Below, piece after piece: positions 22,701 to 33,522 of a stretch of DNA of 64,000 bases. The stretch is taken from NCBI GenBank assembly GCA_035084275.1, contig CM068745.1, positions 82,522,001 through 82,586,000 on the forward strand, in the 5' to 3' direction. The position numbers were made by a program, and so were the translations under genes. Within the stretch, counting starts at the first letter, position 1. The number at the start of each line of letters is the position of its first letter. This stretch comes from Hydrolagus colliei. Its lineage: Eukaryota. The notes beneath the pieces are model-generated. The model made no database searches. It was not told the origin of the DNA and saw nothing but the letters and a program-made list of their open reading frames with translations.

Positions 22701-25700
22701 ACAGTTCTCAGTCACGTGGTCCTACAGCCAAGGACAGGAGCCGAACGGCAAGGGAGTAAGCCTTCTTAAAACCGATCACAATAACATCCTAACACAGTAC
22801 GCAAAGCTGCAGACGGATGCCAGGAAACTGAAATTCCAGAGCGTAAAGGTTTCCGATGGAGAGTTCAAGTTGTTCATTCAGAAACCAGAGCCGAGCGACA
22901 GTGGTGTCTACTATTGTCGTGTGGACGAGTGGGTCTTAGACGCTCAGAATGAATGGCACATTCAAGGCGGCGATTTGTCTGGATTGACGACACTTAAAGT
23001 CCAAGCACCAGGTAAACAATTCTTGTAGCCATTCCATCACAATAACATGTGATGATCAGCTATGAATGGGATCTTATTGGGATCGTACTGAATGGCGGTG
23101 GGCAGGCTCGAGGGGCTGAATGGCCTACTCCTGCTCCTAATTCTGAAGTTCTTATTATTTTTCACCTCCCAGCTTCCCAGCCAATTTGAACCTACTTCAG
23201 ACATGCCTCGAGTATATTTGGTTAGAACTGACCTTATAATATATCTCAACTTGGCTCCTTTGGTTGCACTTTTACTCCTGGGACTGAAGGTGGTGGGTTC
23301 AAATCTCACGTCTCTCTGTGACTCACTCTTCCTGAATCCCTTGCCTGTTCTCTCTCTTTTCCCTCGCTTCTCTTTTTGAATTCCATTCTCTCGTTTGTTT
23401 TTCTTGTTGATTCGGCACTCTCCTGTGCCCCCTCTCTCTCTGTTCCTTTTTGAATTCCACATTCGTGATCATTGCACGCCCAACCCTTCAATCATTTCCA
23501 AGAGGGTTTGAGTTGGTAACATACTTGAAGTGGAGTGGAGGTGGGGAGGCTATTGCCTTTGAACCTGAAAGTTGCAGCTTCAAGCCCCATGTTGAGTGCT
23601 CGAGGCTCCAATGTCGAGTCCTGACTATAGGCTGATGGTCTTATACAGAACTGAGTTGTCAGAGGTGCAGTCCTTCAAATGAGATGCTAAACCAAGGTCC
23701 CGTTCTGTGCCTGTTCAAGTGGACATTGAAGCCCCACTTGCAAAGAAAAGGGCATTAAAATTGGTCGTTCACTTCATGGCTGTTTCCCTGGGATCTCCCC
23801 GTACGCAAATTCGCTGCCATTATTTATAATGACAAATACACAGTTATGGCACACTTCAAATTGGGTTTTGAGATGGCCTGCCTCCCTCAACGCAAGGATT
23901 ATTATCGGTGCTATTTTCGTTTCCTATCTTGTGTGTGCGTGCGTGCGTGCGTGCGTGTGTGTGTGCGTGTGTGTGTGTGGTGGACACCAAGTCCTGTATG
24001 AGCCCGACACAGAAGGTGACGAAGAATTTCAAAACCTGCAGACGTCCCGATTTGAAATTGGATTTGAAAGAATAGGGGGAAATTTACAACAACAAAAAAA
24101 GAGAGCCTTGTGTAAAACAGAATGATTTGGAGAGTTACGCTTCTCTCCTTTATTTTTATCCCGCAAACAGAAAGCAAGTTGCAAGTGTACAAAGCGGAGT
24201 TAAGTATCAATGTACCATCAAAGCAACTTTTCCACCTTCATTGCAACGTCACATCCCAAACGAAAGATAATTCCCAATTTGCCGTGTCCTGGTTGAAAAC
24301 CAACCGGGGAGCCCCGGGAGCTCAGGATAGGAAACAGCAAGAGCTTTTGAAAATCAACCACAATTCTGTCTTTGAATACGGAGCTGAGGGGCTGAAGGAG
24401 AGACTGCAGCTTGAGAGACCCTCCAACGGACTCTATAGCTTGACTGTGCACAACGCCAACACGGGCGATAGTGGGAACTACTACTGTCAGGTGGAGGAGT
24501 GGATTCAAAGTTTCAACAACACCTGGTATAAATTAGGGGAGACGCAATCTGGAATGGCCAAGGTTATGGTGGAAACGATAGGTAAATTACTGCCATTCTT
24601 TCACAGAGACTGTTTGCGAAGTGTCGGTATTATATCCCTTTGGAACTAACAACATTTCTTCAGGGGTTTCCTTGGTAAAGAGTCTGAGTCACGCACACAA
24701 GGATTCCTTGTGTTTTTACCAGGAGTAGGGCCTACCTCATCTGTGGGAATTCTGCTCCGATATAAGCTAATTCCAGGGCAGAGATCGATGGGAATTCTAA
24801 AGGGTTCTAAGGAATCTCATCCAGAAATGCTGCGAAAACAAACCTCCGTTATCACTGAGAATCCTTTAATCAATTATTAGAACTGACAAAAGGCTTATTA
24901 GGAAGATTATTTGTTGCAGAAAATGGGATTATGGTGAATTTGTTTTAAAGAGATGAGTGAAGGAACAGAACCTTGGGGAATAAATTGGTTAGAAATATAA
25001 TAGGATCAGAATGCAACGCTTCCTTCTTTATGTTGGTCCTTGCTAATTGAAACTTGGCCAATTCCCAAATCTGTGACCTCTAAGAAGTTGGTAAATGAAT
25101 CTTGAATAATAAAGAGATTTTTAACACATTGAAGGTCAGAAATTCGACCTCAGACTCAGCTTGTAAGAAAATTTGGGGAGAATGTTGAAATTCGGTGTTC
25201 AAATAGAAGCTTTTCTTTCACCCCCCCCACCAATTAAAACTGAATGTGCAAATTTTTCATATTTCTATATTACTGTACTTCTACTTTAAGGTTTTAAGGG
25301 TTAAAAAAGGTGGAGTTCTGTAGTGCAGTGGCTAGAGCACGCGCCACGCGAGCGAGAGGACCCAGGTTTGATTCCTGCGTGAGGCAAAACATTGGCCAAA
25401 TTTCCTTACCTCTGTTTACCGAGCAGTAAGTGGGAACCCGATTATTAGACATTTGTCAGGTCACTTTCCTCGGGAGGTATCACTTATAAAAAATAATAAT
25501 AATAATAACTTGGTCATTTCAATCCACGACTTTTTGTGGGGACGTTGCTGTGCGCAATTGGCTGCCGCGTTTCACCCCAAATATAGATATATATAGTCAA
25601 TTCACTTTACAGTCTATTTTGTGAAGTGCTTTGAGACATATCAAAGATCTGATAAGGCATTATATCATCATTATTATTGATTAAGGATTATTATTATTAG

Positions 25701-28700
25701 TTGGGTTTTCCATCCACTGAACTGACTGGTCGGTGATCATAGAAAGCTTCAACAAACATCTTTTTGGGGTCAGATTTCTTTTTGGTCTCTGGTATTTTCA
25801 AGGGTTCTCATCTGTCCCGTACCGTGTTAACCATTAACATATATGAGTAGACTTATTGCATTATATATTGCATGTATTGTTCATTTATAATATTCAGGTT
25901 GTCTTCAGCTGCCTCTAAACTAATGGATGAATGTATAACCAATGGAGGGTGTGTAGTGTAATGTAAAGTGTAGTGTAGTGGGGGATATAATTTATTCAGA
26001 GAGTTTCAGAAGGGGTTTGATAAAAATGTTATGTGCGATTTTAAGAAAAAGATTCAACGGATGAAATTAATCGCTAGTTACCAAACTGCTTTGTAAACTT
26101 TAAATTGACATTGAAATGGTACAAGATGACATGGAGAAGGCAAGAATCTATTAGCAGAGTCTCCAGTCTCTAGAGGACAGCACGGGTACTTATATTCTTG
26201 TGGTGCTGCAGTAGAGACCGAGACCGCCCAATAATTACAGTATAATCTGCAAGACAACGGTTTGCGTCGGCCACTCTAACAACTCAATGCATCGGAGAAG
26301 TATTACCACCCAAAGCTAAAACACCGGTTTGAATAACGTGCTTCCCCTTCTCTCACTCCACCACCACCTCCCAACGTACCACAGAGACCATAGGTTCAAT
26401 CATCACACCATCGTCCCAGCAGATATTCTCATAGCTTTGACGTCGACCCTTGTTTGGGTCAGCATTTAAATGGAAAGTGGTGTTACTATATTTAGGGGGT
26501 CACAGCAGGGTTCCTGTTTTTTAGATCAGTTTCATTCGAACATCAAAGAGAGGTTAGGTTGCACCGATGGTGCTGTGCTTCGGAAATTTTGTATTTCCCA
26601 AATTAACAACAGCTTTCTTACGAGATTGCAAGGTTTAGTTTTTCTAAAATCTAGAAAATGTAAACACAACGCACAGACGAGGGCATTTAATGTCACGTCT
26701 TTTGCTAGCTTTCAGCCGGAGAGTGCACCAAAGCTACATTCAGAAAATATTCATTAATATTATGGTTTGATATACTCTTTAAATGCAGCCAACATTAAGA
26801 TGGCTGTAAAGTTTCACTGCAAAACAAACGGAAGTAAAAAATAGGAGAAACATGTATTCTATGGATGAGGTAGAACTTGCCAGTGAGAAGTTGAAACCAA
26901 CATTGCCTCCAAACCCTTGCTCTATGTTGAAATCGTTTTGAGGCAGGAATGAACAATAGAAAACGGACGCTAGACAGTATTGCCAAATCATTTGATTTCA
27001 GTTCTGCAGAAATCACATTTTATTGTACTGTCTTGTGCTCTGGTCATATTAGAGAAGCCGATATAGTTCTGGTCACTGCAACATAAGGACGTTGTGCAGT
27101 TCCGAGAACCAGTGGAGAGGAGAGCAAGAGGGAAGCTCTTTGTAATTGAAAAAGGAGTAATTTAGAAAGCATTGTACCTGTATTATTAAGGTACTATTAT
27201 GGGTTTGAGAAACAAAAGGCAGCACAAGAGAGCACTGCTTCTGGGATGTAAAGAGCAATTTCACAATAGGCACCAAGAAGTATTTTGTTGGCACGCAGGG
27301 TAATTCACAATTGGAACCATGATTGCTATCAGGAGAGTGGGCCAGGCGGGCCCTGGACTGATTCTTTTTTCTGGAACAAGGAGATTAAATCTTTAGATGA
27401 GTGCACTTTTGTGATTTTGTGATTGCCTGGCGTAGCAAATAGGAGCGATGGGAAGGGAGTGACATTACTATTATCATTATGTTGTATATTAATACAAAAT
27501 ATCTTAAGTTTTAATGTTATAATAATTCATGGGACAATTCTGCAGAACACACTTCTCCTTTGATTGCATTGAGACACTGCAGTGCGCAATTGGCTGCCGC
27601 ATTTTACCCACAAAATATACATTTGAAAGGATGTTTCTGTGAAGCGCTTTGAAACGTCTCGAAGACACGATAAGGCGTCATGTCGAAAGCAAGGATTATT
27701 GTTATTATTTGAATATTTAATGGTCCGCTGAAATGCAGAATCGGCCCTTTAATGTGAATATTTCATAGCAGATTAAAATAGATAAGGCGGTATGATCCTA
27801 TGATCCATGAGTGACTGATATGTAAGTGTTATATAATATGAATGTTTAATAGCTAGCTGGAATATTTAATGTGCTATACAATACAACATGAATAATTTAA
27901 GGACATATTAGAATGCCGGATCCGAATATTCAGTAACGAACTGGAATACAGAATGTTATATGAAGTGAATATTTAATGTGCTTGAATGCAGAATCTCTTC
28001 TGGAATATAATGCTGAATACCTAATACAGTTCTGGGCTATAAAAAAGTGCTTTGCAACATGAATACTCAACTGTGGAACTATAACATAGAACTTTTCCCA
28101 TCGTAGGAAGGAAAACCTTAAAAACTCACTGGTAGCATCAACCGATAAATCACTTCACGGTTGATTGTGAGACATTGTTGTGGGCAGATTTGTTATTGCG
28201 TTTGCCTACAAAATGCACAGTCACAACACAAAAAAAAGTTTCTTCTGCGACTACATTAAATGCAAGGACCCGTATTATTGTGATTCCTGTAGACCTGGAT
28301 TAATTTTAGTTACATTCCCAACAATCACGCTGTCCTTTGCATGAAAGCCACTATATTATATCAATGTAAATTTGTGTTGCATTTTATTGATTGTATGATA
28401 ACATCTCAGCCCACGATCGTAGTTTGCAAAACATGCTTGCTAGAGCGTAGGACCGTTCCACCAGATTTGACCATTTTGTGTTTTATAACAGAAATTGAAT
28501 GGTTTTGCATCTTTTTTTTATATTGTGTGTGTTTTATTTTCCAGCTCCTACTCCTTACTCAAGCGTCTGTGCCTCGGAGTCCATGTTCTACTTCATATTT
28601 ATCTACCCATTTATTATTTTCGCGGCTCTCATCGGGCTTTCGATATATTTTTACCTCCGGCCGAAAAAGCCAAAAAGCTCCGTCAATGAGAAGATCTTCT

Positions 28701-28762
28701 GGACGCCCATTGAGAAACTAATGGGAGAGCCCAAAACGGAAGAAGAATTTACAGTGACATAA
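1647..28762 (+). CDS. IGSF3/CD101-like: Spliced gene: EWI-family Ig-superfamily type I membrane protein (IGSF3/CD101-like), 8 V-set domains, 1164 aa. Join 1647-1731,7706-8083,8653-9060,14049-14429,15244-15627,18176-18577,19849-20265,22601-23011,24171-24581,28545-28762
   Basis: All introns are GT-AG and phase 1. Exon lengths sum to 3495 nt (divisible by 3) with no internal stop. Domain 1 ([30 protein letters not shown]...[29 protein letters not shown]) follows the IGSF3/CD101 N-terminal pattern as I recall it. EWI/EWL/EWV motifs occur in domains 2, 6, 7 and 8. Family assignment is secure; IGSF3 versus CD101 orthology is not resolved. Confidence 0.93.
5000..5298 (+). mobile_element. L2 3' fragment inserted into a SINE tail, with 8-bp target-site duplication TATATCAA
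   Basis: TATATCAA at 4992-4999 and 5299-5306. The SINE tail resumes (aatgcaaggatt) after the insert. Confidence 0.85.
6270..6620 (-). mobile_element. Full-length tRNA-derived SINE (subfamily with 14-nt duplication)
   Basis: Box A/B head (tggttagagc, gttcgaatcc), (GT)n, central domain, L2-like tail, (TTA)n. Confidence 0.85.
7157..7278 (+). mobile_element. CR1-type 3' end
   Basis: gatgggccgaatggcctcctttt...attctatgaatctatgaatctat tandem tail typical of CR1. Confidence 0.8.
7706..8083 (+). CDS. Exon 2: V-set Ig domain 1
   Basis: Acceptor tgcag|AT, donor ACAG|gtgagt. Cys pair in IQCDV and YECS. Confidence 0.95.
8153..8443. mobile_element. hAT/Charlie-type MITE in intron 2
   Basis: Terminal inverted repeats cagtgtggttcccaacct / aggttgggaaccactg. 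Flanking 8-mers atgtaagc (8145-8152) and ctgtaagc (8444-8451) match 7/8, consistent with a hAT TSD. Confidence 0.85.
8653..9060 (+). CDS. Exon 3: V-set Ig domain 2 with EWI motif (ANEWIQD)
   Basis: Acceptor cttacag|TC, donor ATAG|gtaagg. LLCEA...VSWY...[13 protein letters not shown]. Confidence 0.95.
10455..10585 (+). mobile_element. Penelope-type short repeat with hammerhead-like core
   Basis: ctgacgta-gggt-tgtag-accc-gaaac-attgac followed by ...ctccatggatgctgtttgacctgctgagttttcccagc...cagattcccagcgtctgtagtattttg. Related copies at about 37110, 40571-40708, 50230-50365 and 60350-60460. Confidence 0.6.
10845..11815 (+). mobile_element. tRNA-SINE interrupted by two L2 insertions
   Basis: SINE head at 10845-10948. 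Antisense L2 at about 10950-11490. SINE resumes at 11491. A short sense L2 tail sits at about 11651-11730, then the SINE tail follows. Confidence 0.8.
14049..14429 (+). CDS. Exon 4: V-set Ig domain 3
   Basis: Acceptor ctgtag|GT, donor CCAC|gtaagt. VVCRV...VAWF...DGGSYHCQV. Confidence 0.92.
15244..15627 (+). CDS. Exon 5: V-set Ig domain 4
   Basis: Acceptor tttacag|AA, donor CTTG|gtaaga. LTCDI...VTWQ...DGGQYTCKV. Confidence 0.93.
15727..17228 (-). mobile_element. 5'-truncated L2 LINE with open reverse-transcriptase frame (intron 5, antisense)
   Basis: ORF 15766-17145 extends in frame to about 17227 ([33 protein letters not shown]...[12 protein letters not shown]...[13 protein letters not shown]...YADD). 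(TTG)n tail at about 15729-15745. No endonuclease domain. Confidence 0.95.
17255..17550 (+). mobile_element. Dimeric SINE-core/L2-tail chimeric retroposon with (TTGA)n tail
   Basis: Same architecture as 42160-42425 on the minus strand (see findings). Confidence 0.7.
18176..18577 (+). CDS. Exon 6: V-set Ig domain 5
   Basis: Acceptor aaacag|AT, donor CCAG|gtgagt. IQCLI...VIWK...EAGKFLCTA. Confidence 0.93.
19223..19553. mobile_element. hAT/Charlie-type MITE in intron 6
   Basis: TIRs cagtggttctcaacc / ggttgagaaccgctg. Flanking 8-mers ggcgagac and gccgagat match 6/8. Confidence 0.75.
19849..20265 (+). CDS. Exon 7: V-set Ig domain 6 (VEEWL)
   Basis: Acceptor ctcgcag|AA, donor GCAG|gtaacg. IQCKI...VTWL...[13 protein letters not shown]. 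Confidence 0.94.
21775..22500 (-). mobile_element. Old L2 3' fragment(s)
   Basis: (CAA)n, degenerate tail and degenerate L2 C-terminal coding region. Confidence 0.7.
22601..23011 (+). CDS. Exon 8: V-set Ig domain 7 (VDEWV)
   Basis: Acceptor gtctcag|GT, donor CCAG|gtaaac. ITCKI...VTWS...[13 protein letters not shown]. Confidence 0.94.
23525..23905 (+). mobile_element. Degenerate DeuSINE (SacSINE1/AmnSINE1-like) copy
   Basis: tgtcagaggtgcagtccttcaaatgagatgctaaaccaaggtcccgttctgtgcctgttcaagtggacattgaag resembles the Deu domain as I recall it. A second fragment lies on the minus strand at about 60610-60700. Confidence 0.6.
23931..23980. repeat. (GTGC)n/(GT)n microsatellite
   Basis: Read directly from the sequence. 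Confidence 0.9.
24171..24581 (+). CDS. Exon 9: V-set Ig domain 8 (VEEWI)
   Basis: Acceptor aaacag|AA, donor ATAG|gtaaat. LHCNV...VSWL...[13 protein letters not shown]. Confidence 0.94.
25313..25700 (+). mobile_element. tRNA-derived SINE (older copy)
   Basis: Degenerate head, central domain, tail and (TTA)n. Confidence 0.75.
28545..28762 (+). CDS. Exon 10: stalk, transmembrane helix and cytoplasmic tail ([72 protein letters not shown])
   Basis: Acceptor ttttccag|CT. Hydrophobic 25-mer with the FYF..IYPF pattern of IGSF3/CD101. Basic stop-transfer RPKKPK. Stop TAA. Confidence 0.9.
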
Positions 28763-30002
28763 TCTGCCGCAGAACCACATTTCTTTTTGGCAAAGCTTAA
28801 ACGCCCCTTTTTGAATGTCTCACCTTATGACTGCTACGGAAAATTAAGTTAAAAAGAAATGGAGCAGCGAATAGCACGCTGGTGAAGAAGAACAGGAGGC
28901 AACAGACAGAGAAGAAAGTTTGAATGAGTGATAATTCAATCGTTTTAAAGTGGAGGTGCATGTTCAGGTGATTCATTCATCTGAAAGATTATTACCTCTG
29001 GGGTTTTTTTAACAGTTTTTTTTGGAGAAAAAAAAAGTAATTTGACTTGAATTGGGAATTCTTGCTTTTTAAAAAAATATATTTTAAAAAATGTATAAAA
29101 TTCGGCCCCTTTGTTGTCTATAATATGATATGGAAGCTCGGTTTATCCTCCAAGTCGTACACAGCTGTGCAATATACCAGCTTCACATTACTGCAAACCC
29201 ATCAGAATTTGTGCTATTGCAATTCTTCAGCAGCAGCAAACACAGCCTTAACAACATTTCTCGCCCAATATTCTTTTACGATTTGCTGCCCTGCGCTCTC
29301 TCGGAGGGTAAATGCATTGCATGTTGTGTGTGTGTGGGTGTGGGTGCTGAGACACAGAGAACAGAAGAGTCCCACGATTCGATCGCCTCATTCGATCATG
29401 AAGCTAGTTGGCCTGAGTTGGTTAGCAATGCGGATGTCTTAACTCAGTGTCACTGTTTCAGGGAGGGGAGGAGTTAAACCCAAATAATTTATTACGTTTC
29501 TCCAGCAATGTTCTGCCTGAAAAAGTGAGGGTTACGTGGGCGCCGGGTGAAGATAGCGCACTGAATAGCCGATATGATTCTCTCTCTATCTTGGCTAATT
29601 GAAGGAGGGGTGGCATTTCCGTTAGGGTACTGTTTGAGATTCTTAGAACAGAACCCAGTGTGAATCATTGCCTCAGTGTAGAAGAGAAAAGCAACAAGAA
29701 CAACAACAACAAAATTACATGTGTAAAGCCTTTCACGTCGGGAGGTGTCACTGCCTCAGGGGAAAGTTTGTTCACATAATTTATCTGAGAGTAATGCTAC
29801 ATCTTGTTTTTATTTGAATGTGTAAAAAAAAACTTGATCTATATATATGTATGTGTATATAAATTGAAGTTGTTTTATTCTTGAAGCCAGACTTTTATTC
29901 AAACGCAAAGCGTTCTACGTTTTCTAATTTAAAGTTCCGCTTTATTGTTGCATTTGCTAAGAAAAACTATTTTTGTTGCCTGGATATTTTTTGTTACAGT
30001 AA

Positions 30003-30008
30003 AATAAA
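30003..30008 (+). terminator. Candidate polyadenylation signal AATAAA for the EWI gene (3'UTR of about 1.25 kb)
   Basis: AATAAA follows a U-rich 3'UTR-like stretch and lies just before a SINE. Position is plausible but not proven. Confidence 0.4.
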
Positions 30009-30210
30009 ATTTTAAATGAGTTGATCAGTTATCTTGTTTTCATATCCCTCTTCGGAGTTTACTGGGAATGTATAAGCTAAAGGGAGGGAGGGAGAGAAAG
30101 GGGAAAAGAAAGGAAAGAAAAGAGGCAGATTGGAATAATTAAAGAAATCAGGCTCACTAAAAGGTGTTAGTACTGAATGATACATTATATATACAGGTAT
30201 ATATATATAT

Positions 30211-30525
30211 AGGAGCTCCTGTGGCTCAGTGGTTAGAGCACTTGTCTTGCAGGCTGGGGAGACCAAGCTGGGGAGACCTGTGTTCGAATCTAGGCAGGTC
30301 AGGGCAAAACCTTGGGCAAGTTTCTTTACTCCACACACCTAATAATAATCCCTCCAAAAAAACCACAATAATAAAATTGGTCATTTCAATCCAGAACTTT
30401 GTGTGGGGGAAGCTGCCGCGATTTGCCCACAAATAGATACAGTCAATTCACGTTACAGTATATTCTGTGAAGCGCTTTGAGATGTGGAAAGTGCTATATC
30501 AAATGCAAGGATTATTATTATTATA
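30211..30525 (+). mobile_element. Full-length tRNA-SINE (14-nt duplication subfamily)
   Basis: ggagctcctgtggctcagtggttagagc...gttcgaatc...tail and (TTA)n. Confidence 0.85.
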
Positions 30526-32127
30526 GTACTGTGCATAATTGGCTGCTGTGTTTTGCCCATAAATATACATTGAATTCACTTTACAGTAGATTATTATTAA
30601 TATTATTATAATTATACTGAACACCCAGGAAAGGCTTGAGGCCTTGTCATTAGCCCTGCGCAGAGCGGCTTCTGTCAACATGAAGGGGAGTTTAGAGAGT
30701 ACACATCCATTCTGCATTACGAGACAGGCCAGCCTTAATGTGATCCCAGCCCAGGAACGGAAACAGATTCAAACAAACATCTCGCGTCGCTTCCTTGAAG
30801 AGATAATAATACGGTAATAATAATAATAATAATAATAATAATCCTTGCATTTGATATTGCGCCTTTACACTTCTTCTAGACTGCGTCTCAAAGCGCTTCA
30901 CAGAATATACTGTAAAGTGAATTGACTGGATATATATTTGTGGGTGAAACGCGGCAGCCAATTGCGCACAGCAGCGTCCCCCACAAACAGTCGTGGATTG
31001 AAAATGACCAATTTTATTATTGTGGTTTTTTTAGAGGGATTACCACTGTATTAGGATTATCAACAGACAGCAGGTGCGATGCTCAGAATCCTCTACAGTC
31101 GATACTTGTTGTTCAGTGGAAAAGGCAAAGTTATCAAAGAGTCAGTAAGTCATCTGCTGCTTTTGGAATATCGTTACCAGCTGCTGAAACGAGCGCATAG
31201 ATCATTATGATTCTCGTGTGTTTTAAAACGGTATATTTCCAACTACTGCAGAAAAATAGAAGTGCTCTGTTGGCGTCAGAGTGTATGTATAGTCCACCAT
31301 TGCTGTAGTCCATGACCACACAGTATCTACCATTGGGAATGCTTCAGTTGCATGGAGATGAGCTGAAGCCATTACTTGGCCAGCCACGATAGAAATTTCT
31401 GTTGAAGGAAGTGGTGGTTTTGCGATATTAGCACAACATTCAGAGTAGAGGGTTGAAAGTCTTACCAAATACAGGAAGTGTGTTTGGTAAGATATTTAAC
31501 CCCCCCTCCATTTGTTCAGAAATAATTCTTCTTCTCCTGAGAGAGAGAGATATAAAATGGGTCACGAGACCTCAGTGACTGACTGACCAGTGCTCAACTA
31601 CTACTGAACAGCATTGAGATCGCAAACGATGGGAAATAAGATAAGATCATATCGAGATGTTTGTGGTCAAGCTTGTTTTGTTAAAACAAAACACCATGTA
31701 GAGTAAGTAAGGAGGTAGAGAAGACCAGTGGAGATCAAAAGGATTGACAAACGTGAGATCCTGAGAAATAATTAGATGCGCGAGAGGCAATATAAAGAGT
31801 ATCAAAGTCGATATATTTATTCAGATCCTTTCAGATGAACAAATGTATCGCAGGACTTGATAAATGGGAGTGGTGCTCGCCAAGCTAGGGAAATGAGAGA
31901 TGCTGAGCGAAGGCACAGTCAAAGAGACATGTTACAGAGGTTCTTGAAAGCGGAGAGAGTGGCAGTAATGGCTTAAGTAGTGGCTTCGGAAGGAAATTTT
32001 AGAGGAGGATGAAAGCTTATTGCTTGCTCTGCATACGATGGAACAAGCAATAAGCCAGGTCAAAAGGGTATGTAATAAAGCTGGAAAGTAGGACTGGAGA
32101 AGATGACGAAGGTGATATTTGGAGATG

Positions 32128-32250
32128 GACGGGTTATGGGGAGAGATAGAGCTGAGGAGTGGGATTAAATTGCTCTTTTCAAAGAGCCAGCACAGACGCA
32201 ATGGGGGCCATTGGCTTCCTTTTGTGCTGTAAGATTTTATGATTCTATGA
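32128..32250 (+). mobile_element. CR1-type 3' end
   Basis: Similar to 7157-7278 and 57760-57880. Confidence 0.7.
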
Positions 32251-32374
32251 GCGTAGAGTAGGACAAGAACTGAAGGGATATACTGTACAACCCAGAAAGG
32301 TTTTTCATGAGGGTGCAGAGAGGAGGTGTTTGGAAGGTGGGAGAATAGAGAGGAAAATTTCAGAGAAACAATGA

Positions 32375-32850
32375 TTGTCAACAAAGTGGAACAAAACTCT
32401 GGCTCCCCATCATCTAGAGGATCCAACTCAAGATTCTGGTCCTCACATTCAATGCCTCCATGGCCTTGTCCCACCCTACATCCATGACCTTCCTACCAAC
32501 AGGTTCCCACCAACCTGCCCCCTCCTCTCCGCTCAGCAGGCTTTGGCCTGCTCCACATCGGCCAACCCACCCATCTCACCATGGGCGAACAAGCCTTCAG
32601 CCACTCTGCCCCCAACCTCTGGAACTCCATCCCGCAGTCCCTCCGCCTCACCCCCTCCCTGGCCTCCTTCAAGACTCGCCTCAAGACCCTCCTCTTCAAA
32701 GGTCCAATCGGTCACCCCAAATCCCTCCCCTTTCTTTCCACCTTCCCTGTCCCCGACCCCAGCTCGGGTTTGAAACAATGTCTGTCCAGTGCCTTGGGAC
32801 GTCCTCCGGACATGAAATGCGCTATACAAGTGTCATTTTATTGTGGTTGT
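32375..32850 (+). mobile_element. L2 3' fragment
   Basis: QAFSHSAPNLWNSIPQSLR...FKTRLKTLLF followed by the L2 tail. Confidence 0.85.
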
Positions 32851-33194
32851 AGGATTGGAAACTCCATCCTGGATGGAGTTTCTGAAAATCCTAGCAGTTT
32901 AGATCGACAGATCAGACAAAACGGATCAGTTTAACTACTTCAAAAGGAAAGATTGAAACACAAGATTGAACTAGTTGAATCACAAATATCCATCAATCGA
33001 CAAATAAAAATTTTCAGGTAGTCAAACTCTCACTCATATCTGTCAGTTATTCTCAAAGTTATAAACAATATCCATTCAGCTATCCATACGCCACAAGAAA
33101 GTGCACTTACATGTGAGTGTGGAAAATAAAAATCTGGAACTATGCTGGGCTATAACAGCAAGCATAAAAATGTCTAGAAGTATCCCATTACAAC

Positions 33195-33522
33195 GATAAT
33201 AATCCTTGCATTTGATATAGCGCTTTTCACATCGTATCAAGGTCTCAAAGTGCTTCACAGAATATACTGAAAAGTGAATTGACTATATTTGTGGATGAAA
33301 CGCGGCAGCCAATTGCGCACAGCAGTGTTCCACAAATAGTCGTGGATTGAAAATGACCAATTTTATTATTGTGTTTTTTTGGGGACGGATTATTATTAGG
33401 TGTGTGTGTGTGTGGGTGTGTGGAGTAAAGAAACTTGCCCAAGGTTTCGCCCTGACCTGCCTAGATTCGAACACAGGGTCTCACTCTTGTAAGGCGAGTG
33501 CTCTAACCACTGAGCTCCACGA
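33195..33522 (-). mobile_element. Full-length tRNA-SINE
   Basis: Head, (GT)n, core and tail. Confidence 0.85.

Noticed and set aside
30212-30300. tRNA gene (Ala/Val-like cloverleaf with boxes A and B)
   Set aside because: It continues directly into the SINE body and recurs degenerately more than 10 times. It is a SINE head, not a functional tRNA.
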